A program made the translations under genes and the position numbers. A DNA stretch of 64,000 nt from Gemmatimonadota bacterium (GTDB taxonomy: Bacteria > Gemmatimonadota > Gemmatimonadetes > Palauibacterales > KS3-K002), in assembly GCA_039586795.1 (NCBI GenBank), contig JBDHJS010000014.1, positions 42,571 to 106,570 of the forward strand, written 5' to 3'. The notes beneath the pieces were generated by a model, which was not told the origin of the DNA, searched no databases, and saw nothing but the letters and a program-made list of their open reading frames with translations. Shown piece after piece: positions 31,036-40,341 of this stretch. How positions within the stretch are numbered: the stretch's first letter is position 1; every line of letters begins with the position of its first letter.

Positions 31036-32769
31036 ATGATCTTCGAACACTCACGATTCCCAGCGATCGTTTTGGCCCTCGCCGCCTGCGCTCCCGCCGG
31101 CCAGCAAGATACCCCGCTCGAGTTCGCGGTCTCCTTCGACGAGTCGATGAGCGCCGAGGCGCTGGACGGCCGCGTCCTGCTCATCCTCTCCAAACACGAA
31201 GAGCCCGAGCCGCGCTTCCTCGTAAGCTCCGGACTGAGCGGCGCTCAGATCTTCGGTGTCGATATTGACCGTCTGGCGCCCGGCGAAGAAGCGGTGATCG
31301 ATGCCGACATCTTCGGTTACCCCAACGAGAGCCTGGCCGGCGTACCGCCCGGCGAATACACCGTGCAGGCCGTGCTCCACAAGTACGAGACCTTCAACCT
31401 AAGCAACGGGAAGACGGTAAAACTTCCCATGGACCGAGGAGAAGGCCAGCACTGGAACCGCGCGCCGGGCAATTTCATAAGCACGCCTCAGACGATTCGC
31501 GTCGATCCGGGACGCGCCGAGCGCATCGCCATCCAGCTCGACCAGACGATTCCGCCCATCGTGCCGCCTGAGGACACGAAGTACGTGAAGCACGTTCGGA
31601 TTCAGAGCGACCTGCTCACCGAGTTCTGGGGACGACCCATGCATCTCGGCGCTCACGTACTCATTCCGGAGGGCTTTGACGAGCATCCCGAGGCGCGCTA
31701 CCCGTTGGCGGTATTCCATGGCCATTTCCCCGCCGACTTCTACGGCTTCCGCCCCGAGCCGCCCGACCCGAACCTCGAATGCACGTACAGCTCGCGCTTC
31801 CGGCTCGATTGCTATAACCGCATCCAGCAGGCCGAAGCGCACGAGTTCTACAAGACGTGGACGGGCCCCGACTTCCCGCGCATGCTGATCATCATGGTGC
31901 AGCATGCCAACCCTTACTACGACGACTCGTACGCCGTGAACTCGGCCAATCTCGGGCCGTACGGTGATGCGATAACCTACGAGCTGATCCCGTACATCGA
32001 GGAACGGTTCCGCGGCATCGGCGAGGGCTGGGCGCGCTTCCTGTATGGGGGGTCGACCGGCGGCTGGGAAGCGATGGCCGTCCAGGTCTTCTATCCCGAC
32101 GAGTACAACGGCGCGTTCGTCGGCTGTCCCGACCCCATCGACTTTCGCTCCTACACCCTGGTCAACATCTACGAAGACGACAACGCCTACTACCGTGACG
32201 GTGAATTCCGTCGTATGGAGATCCCCGGTCATCGCGATTGGCTGGGCCAGGTAGACCGGACCGTGAGGGACTACAACCACCTCGAACTGGTCCTCGGCTC
32301 CAAGAGCCGATCCGGCGACCAGTACGACATCTGGGAAGCCGTCTACTCACCGATGGGCGACGACGGGTATCCGAAGCGGATATGGGACAAGTATACGGGT
32401 GAGATCGACCATGAGGTCGCCGAGTACTGGAAAGAGAACTACGACCTACGCTACATCATGGAGCGGGACTGGGCGACCCTCGGGCCGAAGCTCGAGGGCA
32501 AGCTTCATATATATGTCGGCGACATGGACAACTACTACCTGAACAACGCGGTCTATCTAACCGAGGAATTCCTGGAGAGCACGACGAACCCGTACTACAA
32601 CGGCGTCGTCGACTATGGCGATCGCGCTGAGCATTGCTGGAACGGCGACCAAGAGAACCCAAACGCGATTTCCCGGCTACGCTATAACACGATGTACGTG
32701 CCGCGCATCCTCGAACGCATCGAAGAAGCGGCGCCCGCAGGAGCCGATCTCACAAGCTGGAGGTACTGA
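31036..32769 (+). CDS. Putative esterase (alpha/beta-hydrolase) lipoprotein with N-terminal beta domain
   Basis: Lipobox LAAC, YPLAVFHGH, GPYGDA..ELIPYIE..F and nucleophile elbow GGSTGG. Confidence 0.85.
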   Translation: MIFEHSRFPAIVLALAACAPAGQQDTPLEFAVSFDESMSAEALDGRVLLILSKHEEPEPRFLVSSGLSGAQIFGVDIDRLAPGEEAVIDADIFGYPNESLAGVPPGEYTVQAVLHKYETFNLSNGKTVKLPMDRGEGQHWNRAPGNFISTPQTIRVDPGRAERIAIQLDQTIPPIVPPEDTKYVKHVRIQSDLLTEFWGRPMHLGAHVLIPEGFDEHPEARYPLAVFHGHFPADFYGFRPEPPDPNLECTYSSRFRLDCYNRIQQAEAHEFYKTWTGPDFPRMLIIMVQHANPYYDDSYAVNSANLGPYGDAITYELIPYIEERFRGIGEGWARFLYGGSTGGWEAMAVQVFYPDEYNGAFVGCPDPIDFRSYTLVNIYEDDNAYYRDGEFRRMEIPGHRDWLGQVDRTVRDYNHLELVLGSKSRSGDQYDIWEAVYSPMGDDGYPKRIWDKYTGEIDHEVAEYWKENYDLRYIMERDWATLGPKLEGKLHIYVGDMDNYYLNNAVYLTEEFLESTTNPYYNGVVDYGDRAEHCWNGDQENPNAISRLRYNTMYVPRILERIEEAAPAGADLTSWRY

Positions 32770-32962
32770 GAATCTCGAACTCTGGAATCGGAGTTCCGAA
32801 CTCCAGAACTGAATTATCGAAGCGGATTCAACGATTCACTCATCTTGAGAGTCGCGGCCCTGCGAACGTATTAGATAGATACTTTCAGGTTCCGCGAATC
32901 CCCGGTTCCGCCGGGCATCGTTGAATCCGCTTCGACAATTCAGTTCGAGATTCTCGGAATTC
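32768..32962. repeat. Dispersed repeat, copies 2+3, forming a long inverted repeat
   Basis: 32806-32835 vs 32917-32946 are inverted with 29/30 identity. 32768-32781 vs 32942-32955 are a perfect 14-bp inverted match. Confidence 0.9.
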
Positions 32963-32978
32963 AGAATCCCAATCTCCC

Positions 32979-35900
32979 TCAATCGCCCCCGCCCGGCGCG
33001 ACCCGCCTCTCAAACGCCGGCGGCTCCGGCATCACCACCGGATTCGCCTCGATCAGCCTCATCACCTCGCGGATCGCCGCCTGAAGCTGCGGATCGACCC
33101 CTCGGGCCAACTGACTCGGGTCGTCCACCACCGGGATATCCGGATCCACTCCGCGACCCTCGGCAAACCACGTCCCGTCCGGACCGTATAGTCGGCCGGG
33201 CGGTGCCGTGAAGAACCCGCCATCGATCAACTGGTGTCCTACCGCCGGGCCGATCAGGCCGCCCCATGTCCGCTCGCCGATCAGCGGGCCAACGCCCAGC
33301 CCCTTGAAGAAGAACGGGAAGGCGTCACCGCCCGAGCCGGCCCATCCGTTGATCAACATGACCTTCGCACCGTAGTGATTCACCGGCGGATAGGTGGCGA
33401 CGGCACCGTGCCGGAAGAAGATTCGCGTCACCAACTCGCGATTCATCTTCTCGATAAAGCGATCAGGCAACTGACCACCGCCGTTGAACCGCTCGTCGAT
33501 GATCAGCCCATCTTTCAGCATCTGGCTGTTGAACTGACGAACCAGCTCGGTCTGGCCCGATATCGCGGTGTTGGGGACGAAGATGTACCCCACCCGGCCG
33601 CCGCTCGCTTGCTCGACCGTTCTGCGGTTCCCTTCAATCCATTCGAGATTGCGCAAGCGCGACTCGCTGCTCACCGTCTCCACCAGCACCTGCCGGGCGC
33701 CATCCATGCTCGGCCTGTCGTTCACCGTGAGCAGTACCGCTTGATTGGCCAGCCCCTCGAACGCCGCGTACGGCTCCACGCTGGTATCTAGCGGCGCGCC
33801 GTTCACCGCCAGGATATAGTCCCCCTCGTTCACATCAACCGCCGGCTCGCTCAACGGAGACCGCGTCCCGATGTCCCATGGCGCTCCCCTGACGATTCGC
33901 GCAATTCGATAGGCGCCATTCTCCAACGACCAGTCGATGCCCAGCAAACCAACCTGTCGGCGTCGCGACGTCTCGGTATCTCCGCCTCCGATGTACGTGT
34001 GCGAGGCGTTCACTTCACCGATCAGTTCGCCGATGACGAAGTTCACGTCCCAACGCGTGACCGCATCGTCCAGCATCGCCCCGTAGTGCTCTCGGAGCCC
34101 ATCCCAGTCGAGCCCGTGCATAGAGGGGTCGTAGAAGTAGTCCCTATACGTACGCCAAACTTCCGTGAATAGCTGTCGCCATTCCTCTCTCGGGTCGACG
34201 ACCATCTCCAGGTCGGATGTCGCCAGCCGGTCTTCTATGGATTGTCCAGGCCTGATGTCGATGATGCCCCACGATCCTCGCTGGGCCACCAGCATCTTCT
34301 TGCCGTCGGCCGACACCTCGAACCCACTCACGTTACCAATGATCGTCTCCTCCTCGCGTTCGCCGAGGTCGAACATCACGATCGGGCTCTGACGATCCGT
34401 TGAGCCGCTCCGTGGGCGGCGATGGTAGATCACCTTTCCGGACACCGCAGCCAGATCGCTGTAGTTGCCCGCCTCCGCCGGCAGTACGACAGCCCGCGAC
34501 TCCAGCCCCTCGAGATCAATCGCCAGGCCGCGCGCCGCCGATTCATCATCTCCTTCTTCTTCTTCTTCTTCTTCTTCTTCTTCTTCTTGGGGACGGGACG
34601 TCGGCGCGCAGCGGTGCCGCCACGATATTCGTCGTGTTGGGGTAGACCCACGTCGCATCGATGTCCGAGTAGATCGGACTCAACGTCCGGTTTGATAGGT
34701 AGTAGAGATACTGATCGTCTGGGTCGAAGGCGGGGCCGTAGTCGCTGTAGTAGCCGGAAGTGACCTGATGCCGTTCGCCTTCCTGAGTGTCGAACAGGAA
34801 CACCGCGTTGTTCGTCGTCTCCAGGCCGCGCGAGTAGGCCAACCATCGACTATCGCTCGACCAACTCACCTCGAATCCCTGAAGCCCGCCATGCAACATC
34901 CAGAGCCCTTGATCCACATCGGTGACGCGATCGCTATCCATATCGTAGATGCGGACCATCTGAGTATGGTCGATGAAGGCGATCTTCTTGCTGTCGGGCG
35001 ACCAGAAGAGAGAATACCGATAACCGGGACCGAGGTCCGTTAGAGTTCTCTCTTCGCCGGAGCCATCCGCCGCTCTCACCGTTAACTCGTAGTCGCCCGT
35101 CCGATCGGACCAATAGGCGATCAACTGGCCATCCGGTGACCAGGCGGGATAGCGCTCTGCCACGCCCGAGCTGTGGGTCAGCTGCCGAATCGGGCCATGC
35201 TCCGCCGGCACGGTGAAGATCTCACCGCGCGCTTGGAACAGCCCCCGCTTACCCGTCGGCGATATCGATCCGGCCTGGATCAAGTTGCTGACGTTCTCGT
35301 TGTGCGGACGCAGCGTGGCCAAGTCCGTCACCACGTTCACGTCCACCTCGCGCATCTGTTCCGTCGACAAATCGAGGAGGTAGAGGCTGCTGCCGGCCTG
35401 AAAGACGATCTCTGATGGTCCGATCGCCGGAAACTTCACATCTATATCGGTGAAGTTGGTAACTTGCCGGAGATCGCCGCCGTCCAGTTCGTAAGCCCAG
35501 ATGTTCGACCGCTGGGCCGAACCTCTATCGGACAGGAAGTAGATCGTCCGGCCATTCCACATCGGCAGCGCGTCGTTCGCGTCGCTGTTGCTCAGGTTGA
35601 ACGCGTCCAAGCTCTCCAGATCGAACAGCCAGATCTCCGGCGCCAATCCACCGCGATAGCGCTTCCACGTTCTGAAGCCCCGGTCCTTCGGCGTGTAGGC
35701 CAGCGAGCGGCCGTCGGGTGAGATCGCACCGAACTCGCCATAGGGCACCGGCAACTTCTCGGGCATCCCTCCGTTTGCTGCCACCACGTACAGCTGCCTG
35801 ACGCGCGACACGCCGCTCTCGCGGTTGGAGGCGAACATCAGCAGGTCACCGGCCGGCGACCAATCCACGAGGCGATCGTTGCCCGGATGGTAGGTCACGC

Positions 35901-36216
35901 GAACTGGCGCACCGCCGCCCGCTGAAACCACATATACGTCGGTGTTCCCGTCGTAGTTGCCACTGAACGCGATCAGCGACCCGTCCGGTGAAAACCTCGG
36001 AAACTGTTCTTCGCCCGGCGGCGAGCTCAGGCGTCTGGCGGCGCCTCCGTCCTTTTCGACCAGCCAGATGTCGCCGGCATAGACGAACGCGATATGCGTA
36101 TCGGACACATCCGGGTATCGCAGCATGCGCGCGTCTACCTGCGCGTTCGCCGTGCTGGCCGTGCTCGCCGTGAAGAAGACAGCGAAGCCTATCGCCAGAA
36201 TCGTTCTTCTAAACAT
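32979..36216 (-). pseudogene. Tricorn-type S41 protease, split by a frameshift at the (AAG)12 tract (or an assembly error)
   Basis: ORF 34546-36216 encodes a signal peptide and PD40 beta-propellers (RYPDVS..IAFVYAGDIW, RYRGG). ORF 32979-34658 encodes the C1/PDZ/S41 part (ASHTY, RFNGGG, GSGGDAF, RTWGG). The frame changes at ~34590. Confidence 0.85.
34553..34588. repeat. Perfect (CTT)12 trinucleotide repeat
   Basis: 36 nt counted directly; encodes poly-Glu in the downstream tricorn frame. Confidence 0.95.
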
Positions 36217-36324
36217 GACAGTCCGTCCTTCCGGAAGGGATCAAGTAGACAACCGTATCGCAGCGTCTCAGACTCGCGCCCAAGATCGCGCCCGTCAAGG
36301 CAGGACCTTATCCGGCCCTTCCAC

Positions 36325-36373
36325 TTCCGCGAATCCCCTGGTCAGCGTATCGTTGAATCTGCTTCGATAATTC
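36325..36373 (-). repeat. Dispersed repeat, copy 4 (upstream of tricorn)
   Basis: ttccgcgaatcccc..atcgttgaatctgcttcgataattc matches 32890-32941 (ttccgcgaatcccc..atcgttgaatccgcttcgacaattc). Confidence 0.85.
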
Positions 36374-36395
36374 CCAAGCCGAATCGAAACCAACC

Positions 36396-37160
36396 ATGAT
36401 CACAGCCACCATCGCCCTCGTCAGACCCGTCCCCACCACCTTCAACCGAGCCATCCAACCGCCCGGCGCTCCCCCCATCGATGTCAGCCTGGCCGTTCAT
36501 CAACACCACCTCTACTGCGCGGCGTTGGAAGAACTCGGGCTCTCCCTCATTCAGGTCGAGCCCGCCGACGATCTACCCGATAGCTGCTACGTCGAGGATA
36601 CTGCGATCATCGTCGACGACCTGGCCATCATGGCGAATCCCGGCGCCGACTCCCGTCGCCCGGAAGCCGCCGCCGTGGAAGTCGTGCTGCGCGACCACAA
36701 ACCGATCGCCACCATCGAGCCTCCCGCGACGCTCGATGGTGGTGACGTCCTGAAGATCGGCGACCGCCTCTACGTCGGCCTTTCCCGTCGCACCGGGCGT
36801 GAATCCATCGACCAGCTACGCCGCATCCTGGAGGGCCGGGACATCGAGGTCATCCCCGTAGCCGTGGAGGGGATACTCCACCTCAAATCCGCCTGCACAT
36901 ATCTAGGAAACGACACGCTAGCATGGCTCCCCGGCCACCTCGATGAGCGCGCCTTCTCGCGCTACCGAACCGTTCAGGTACCGAAGGAAGAATCTCAGGC
37001 TGCCAACTGCCTGGCTGTGAACGGCAAGGTACTCGTACCGGCCGGCGCGCCGAGCACGAAAGCCGCGATCGAGGCGCTGGGCTTCGACATCATGGAAATC
37101 GATATCTCGGAGTCGCGAAAGGCGGGCGGGGGGCTCACCTGCTCGTCGATCATCTTCTAG
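36396..37160 (+). CDS. Dimethylarginine dimethylaminohydrolase (amidinotransferase superfamily)
   Basis: PDSCYVEDTA, DGGDVL, LHLKS and GGLTCSS motifs; Cys/His/Asp-Glu catalytic residues present. Confidence 0.9.
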   Translation: MITATIALVRPVPTTFNRAIQPPGAPPIDVSLAVHQHHLYCAALEELGLSLIQVEPADDLPDSCYVEDTAIIVDDLAIMANPGADSRRPEAAAVEVVLRDHKPIATIEPPATLDGGDVLKIGDRLYVGLSRRTGRESIDQLRRILEGRDIEVIPVAVEGILHLKSACTYLGNDTLAWLPGHLDERAFSRYRTVQVPKEESQAANCLAVNGKVLVPAGAPSTKAAIEALGFDIMEIDISESRKAGGGLTCSSIIF

Positions 37161-37234
37161 CCGCCCCTGCGTAATCCAGCTTTCGGCACTATCTTAGCAG
37201 CGCCCTACCGCCCGCCTCCTTACCTACTGACGCC

Positions 37235-37618
37235 ATGGGCAACCGAGGTATCACACTCTTCGAGACGCTGATCGCGGTCCTGCTGATAGCCGTCCTCATC
37301 GGTGTGTTCGGCGCCCGCTACAAGAACACCAAGCGCACGCTTTATCAGACCTACGTACAGGCCGAGCTTCGCGACCTGATAACGGCGCAAGAGGCATACT
37401 ACCAGACGTCCGGGTCGGCGTACGCAGAAACCCTGGCGCAACTCGCCTTCGTGACGCGGCCAGAGGTGACGATAGAGCTCGACAGCAACGGTTACGGGTG
37501 GGCCGCACGCGGCAGCTCGATCGAGTTGCCCTCCGGATACTTCTGCGCAGTCTTTGTTGGAGATATCGAGGCCCCACCACCCGCCGACGATGAAGGCGAG
37601 ATAGCGTGCCTGCCCTAA
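37235..37618 (+). CDS. Type IV pilin-like protein
   Basis: Class III signal RG|ITLFE with Glu5, hydrophobic helix, AQEAYY, and two C-terminal Cys. Confidence 0.8.
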   Translation: MGNRGITLFETLIAVLLIAVLIGVFGARYKNTKRTLYQTYVQAELRDLITAQEAYYQTSGSAYAETLAQLAFVTRPEVTIELDSNGYGWAARGSSIELPSGYFCAVFVGDIEAPPPADDEGEIACLP

Positions 37619-37633
37619 GGAAAGGATAGAGGT

Positions 37634-38473
37634 TCAAGAATCCTGCAAGCCGACCGACCGATACATCGCATCCCGAGGCGCTTCCATGTCGAACCAGAGC
37701 TCGAAGCTCAGTGCAGCCTGTTCGGCCAGCATCCGCCGCCCGTCCTCCGCTCTGATACCAGCACCGCGTGCCGCTTTGACCAGTTCAGTCTCGTCCGGGC
37801 CGTAAACCAGATCCAATAAGGCCGTAGCGCCCAGAGCCGCCGGTTCTATGATCAGCGAGTCGGTTGCTTGCAAACCCACGGAGGTGGCGTTGACCACCAG
37901 GTCGTAGCGATCGACCGAAGACGCTTCCGACTCCTCGATCAATCTCAAAGCAGGTGGCCGGCCGAATTGGTCGGCTAGCCCCTCACCGCGCATACGACTG
38001 CGGCTCAATACATCGAGCCCGGCGACTCCGCTGGTCAGACAGCGATGCACGACGGCGCGTGCCGCACCGCCGGCTCCCAACAGCAGCACGCGAGTGTCTC
38101 GAAGACTCGCGCCCAGCACCGCCTCCGCCGCGACGCCGAAGCCCGGGACATCGGTGTTGTCACCGCATAGTCCTCTGCCGTCCTCCCACCAGAACACATT
38201 GCAGGCGCCCGTCGCTTGAACGGCTTCGCTGGCCAGGTCCAGCGCGCGCCCCGCGGTGGCTTTGTGAGGAACCGTGACGTTCCCCCCACCACCGGCCCGA
38301 GCGATTTCTCGCATCAAGGGGCCCACCATTTCATCCGGAGCGCGCAGCGCCGTGTAGACCGCTCTCATCTTGGTAGCGGCGAAGGCGGAGTTGTGAATTG
38401 CCGGCGATGAGGAATGCTCGACCGGATCGCCCAACAGCACGAACAGCCGCCGCAGGTCGGAATCCTGATTCAC
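37634..38473 (-). CDS. aroE: Shikimate dehydrogenase
   Basis: HSSSP.IHN, NVTVPHK, NTD, GAGGAARA, NATSVG and DLVY motifs. Confidence 0.93.
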   Translation of the reverse strand: MNQDSDLRRLFVLLGDPVEHSSSPAIHNSAFAATKMRAVYTALRAPDEMVGPLMREIARAGGGGNVTVPHKATAGRALDLASEAVQATGACNVFWWEDGRGLCGDNTDVPGFGVAAEAVLGASLRDTRVLLLGAGGAARAVVHRCLTSGVAGLDVLSRSRMRGEGLADQFGRPPALRLIEESEASSVDRYDLVVNATSVGLQATDSLIIEPAALGATALLDLVYGPDETELVKAARGAGIRAEDGRRMLAEQAALSFELWFDMEAPRDAMYRSVGLQDS

Positions 38474-38955
38474 GGTGAGAGGATAGCGGAGAGTCGGTCC
38501 AGCAGGCCGTCGATCGCCTTCACGATCAGTTCGCGGACTTCCCTGTACTGTTCGATCGAGCCGCCAAACGGATCACTGATCGGCTCGCCGGCTGCCGCGC
38601 CTTCGATGAACTCGCTGAGTAGCGAAACCTGAACATCGGCGCCCAAAGATTCCACGGCGGCAACGTGGCTCTGCGTCATGCCCAGGGTGATATCGGCCTG
38701 CTCGATCAGCTGCCGACTCAGCGGCTGCGAGCGATGACCCGACAGATCGAGCCCAATTTCCGCTGCCGCGCTCAACGAACCTTCCGAAGCTGGCGCATCC
38801 CACATGGCGCCTGTACCGGCTGAGTCGACCGTAACGTGACCCCAACCCCGCTTCTCCAGCACGGCGCGGGCTATCGCTTCCGCCAGCGGGCTACGGCACG
38901 TGTTTCCCGTACAGACGAAGAGGATGTTGTAGGTTGTCGGCTCGTCGCTCGTCAT
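38470..38955 (-). CDS. Low-molecular-weight phosphatase, YwlE (protein-arginine phosphatase)-like
   Basis: P-loop CTGNTCRS, MTQSH and SDPFGGS..Y. Confidence 0.85.
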   Translation of the reverse strand: MTSDEPTTYNILFVCTGNTCRSPLAEAIARAVLEKRGWGHVTVDSAGTGAMWDAPASEGSLSAAAEIGLDLSGHRSQPLSRQLIEQADITLGMTQSHVAAVESLGADVQVSLLSEFIEGAAAGEPISDPFGGSIEQYREVRELIVKAIDGLLDRLSAILSP

Positions 38956-38965
38956 CTCTGAAAGT

Positions 38966-39640
38966 CTAGCTCAGCTGGGCCAGGCATCGGTCGATCGCGT
39001 CGAATGACACCGGACCCTCACGTACGAGTCGCGGCGGCGACTCGATCAGGCTCACGATGGTCGAAGCCCGAGTCTCTCGGGAGACGCCCGCATCAATCGC
39101 CAGGATCGGCGCCGCGAAATCATCGAGATCATCGCGGCCGGCGAACACGCTCAATGCTCGGTCCAGCGTCCGAGCCGGCTCCGCGCCGGCCAGGTTAGCG
39201 CTGGTCGATGTCATCAACCGGCCCCAGTGATTCATCATCGCCACCACGACCGGGTGCGGCGACTGTCGAACCGCGACTCCAAAGCTTGCCCCCGGCAACC
39301 CGGGCGGCGCGCCGTGGCAGCGAACGATCAGGGTCAACGGCCCGGGCCAAAACCGCGTTGCCAACGCGTCTGCCTCCGGCGGCCACTCGAGAGCCGAGCA
39401 AACGCCCTGAAGAGCCTCCAGGCCGGGTGTCAGTGCGATCAGCGCTTGACCCGTCTCGCGCTGCTTCACCCGGCTCACCAGGCGATTGACCTCCGGCGTG
39501 CAAGCGCCGCCAATCCCATATACAGTCTCGGTGGGGTGTACGACCAGTCCCCCGGCGGCCAGCGTCTCCGCTGCCCGCTTCCCTGCGTGCTCCAGCTCGT
39601 CGGGCTCCTGGGCCACGACGACCTCGATTTCCGTCTTCAA
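38966..39640 (-). CDS. tsaC: L-threonylcarbamoyladenylate synthase (YrdC/TsaC)
   Basis: PTETVYG, K.R, FWPGPLTL and STSANLAG motifs; TTG start overlaps the ispD stop. Confidence 0.9.
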   Translation of the reverse strand: MKTEIEVVVAQEPDELEHAGKRAAETLAAGGLVVHPTETVYGIGGACTPEVNRLVSRVKQRETGQALIALTPGLEALQGVCSALEWPPEADALATRFWPGPLTLIVRCHGAPPGLPGASFGVAVRQSPHPVVVAMMNHWGRLMTSTSANLAGAEPARTLDRALSVFAGRDDLDDFAAPILAIDAGVSRETRASTIVSLIESPPRLVREGPVSFDAIDRCLAQLS

Positions 39641-40341
39641 CCCACGTCTCGTTTCGGCGAACGCGCCATCCACGCCTCCACCCAATCCAGGTCCTCGCGC
39701 CGCGTGACCTTCGGGTTCGGCTCCTCGATCTCGACCATCGCCACCTCGATCCCATAGCGCTGGCAGATCCCGGCGCAGTCCGAGGCGTGAAAACCCTCGG
39801 CTGCCGCGCGCCGGTGCGCATCGAGAATGAGCTCCCGCGTGAAGGCCTGCGGCGTTTCCGCGCGCCATATGCGCTCTCGGTCGGGAGCGGCAACGACGAC
39901 CCCTTCCGCGTTCGCCTCCTTCAGCGAATCGGTGACGCGCCGGCCACCAACCGCTCCGCGATCGGGTCGTACCGCCTCCAACACACGTCCAATCGCCTCG
40001 CTCGTGATCAGAGGCCGCGCACCATCATGTATCGCGACTTTGTCGATCTTCTCCGGAACCGTTTCCAGTCCCAGACGGACCGAATCGCTGCGCTCAGCAC
40101 CGCCAGCCACCAGCGTCACACTCCGCAGATCGGCCAGCCAGGCCGGCGGCTCTGCCGCGACTTCGGCGGGAAGAACGACGGTCACTCCTGCTACGTCCTC
40201 GTGACCCAAGAACGCTTCGACGCTCCAAAGCACCAGCGGCTTACCGCCCAACGGCGTGAACTGCTTGGGAGCGCCTGCCCCGAATCGTACGCCGCGGCCC
40301 GCGGCTACGATGATCGCCCAGGCCCTACCTGAAGAGCTCAT
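39637..40341 (-). CDS. ispD: 2-C-methyl-D-erythritol 4-phosphate cytidylyltransferase
   Basis: AAGRGVRFG..PKQF, GGAERSDSV, HDGARP, TPQAF and KVT motifs. Confidence 0.95.
   Translation of the reverse strand: MSSSGRAWAIIVAAGRGVRFGAGAPKQFTPLGGKPLVLWSVEAFLGHEDVAGVTVVLPAEVAAEPPAWLADLRSVTLVAGGAERSDSVRLGLETVPEKIDKVAIHDGARPLITSEAIGRVLEAVRPDRGAVGGRRVTDSLKEANAEGVVVAAPDRERIWRAETPQAFTRELILDAHRRAAAEGFHASDCAGICQRYGIEVAMVEIEEPNPKVTRREDLDWVEAWMARSPKRDVG

Noticed and set aside
34422..34846. Poly-Lys, poly-Phe and poly-Ser ORFs
   Set aside because: Alternative readings of the (CTT)12 tract inside the tricorn gene.
30967..36373. Possible CRISPR array or integron attC sites
   Set aside because: Copies are kilobases apart and in both orientations, with no regular spacers, no cas or intI gene, and no clear RYYYAAC/GTTRRRY ends.
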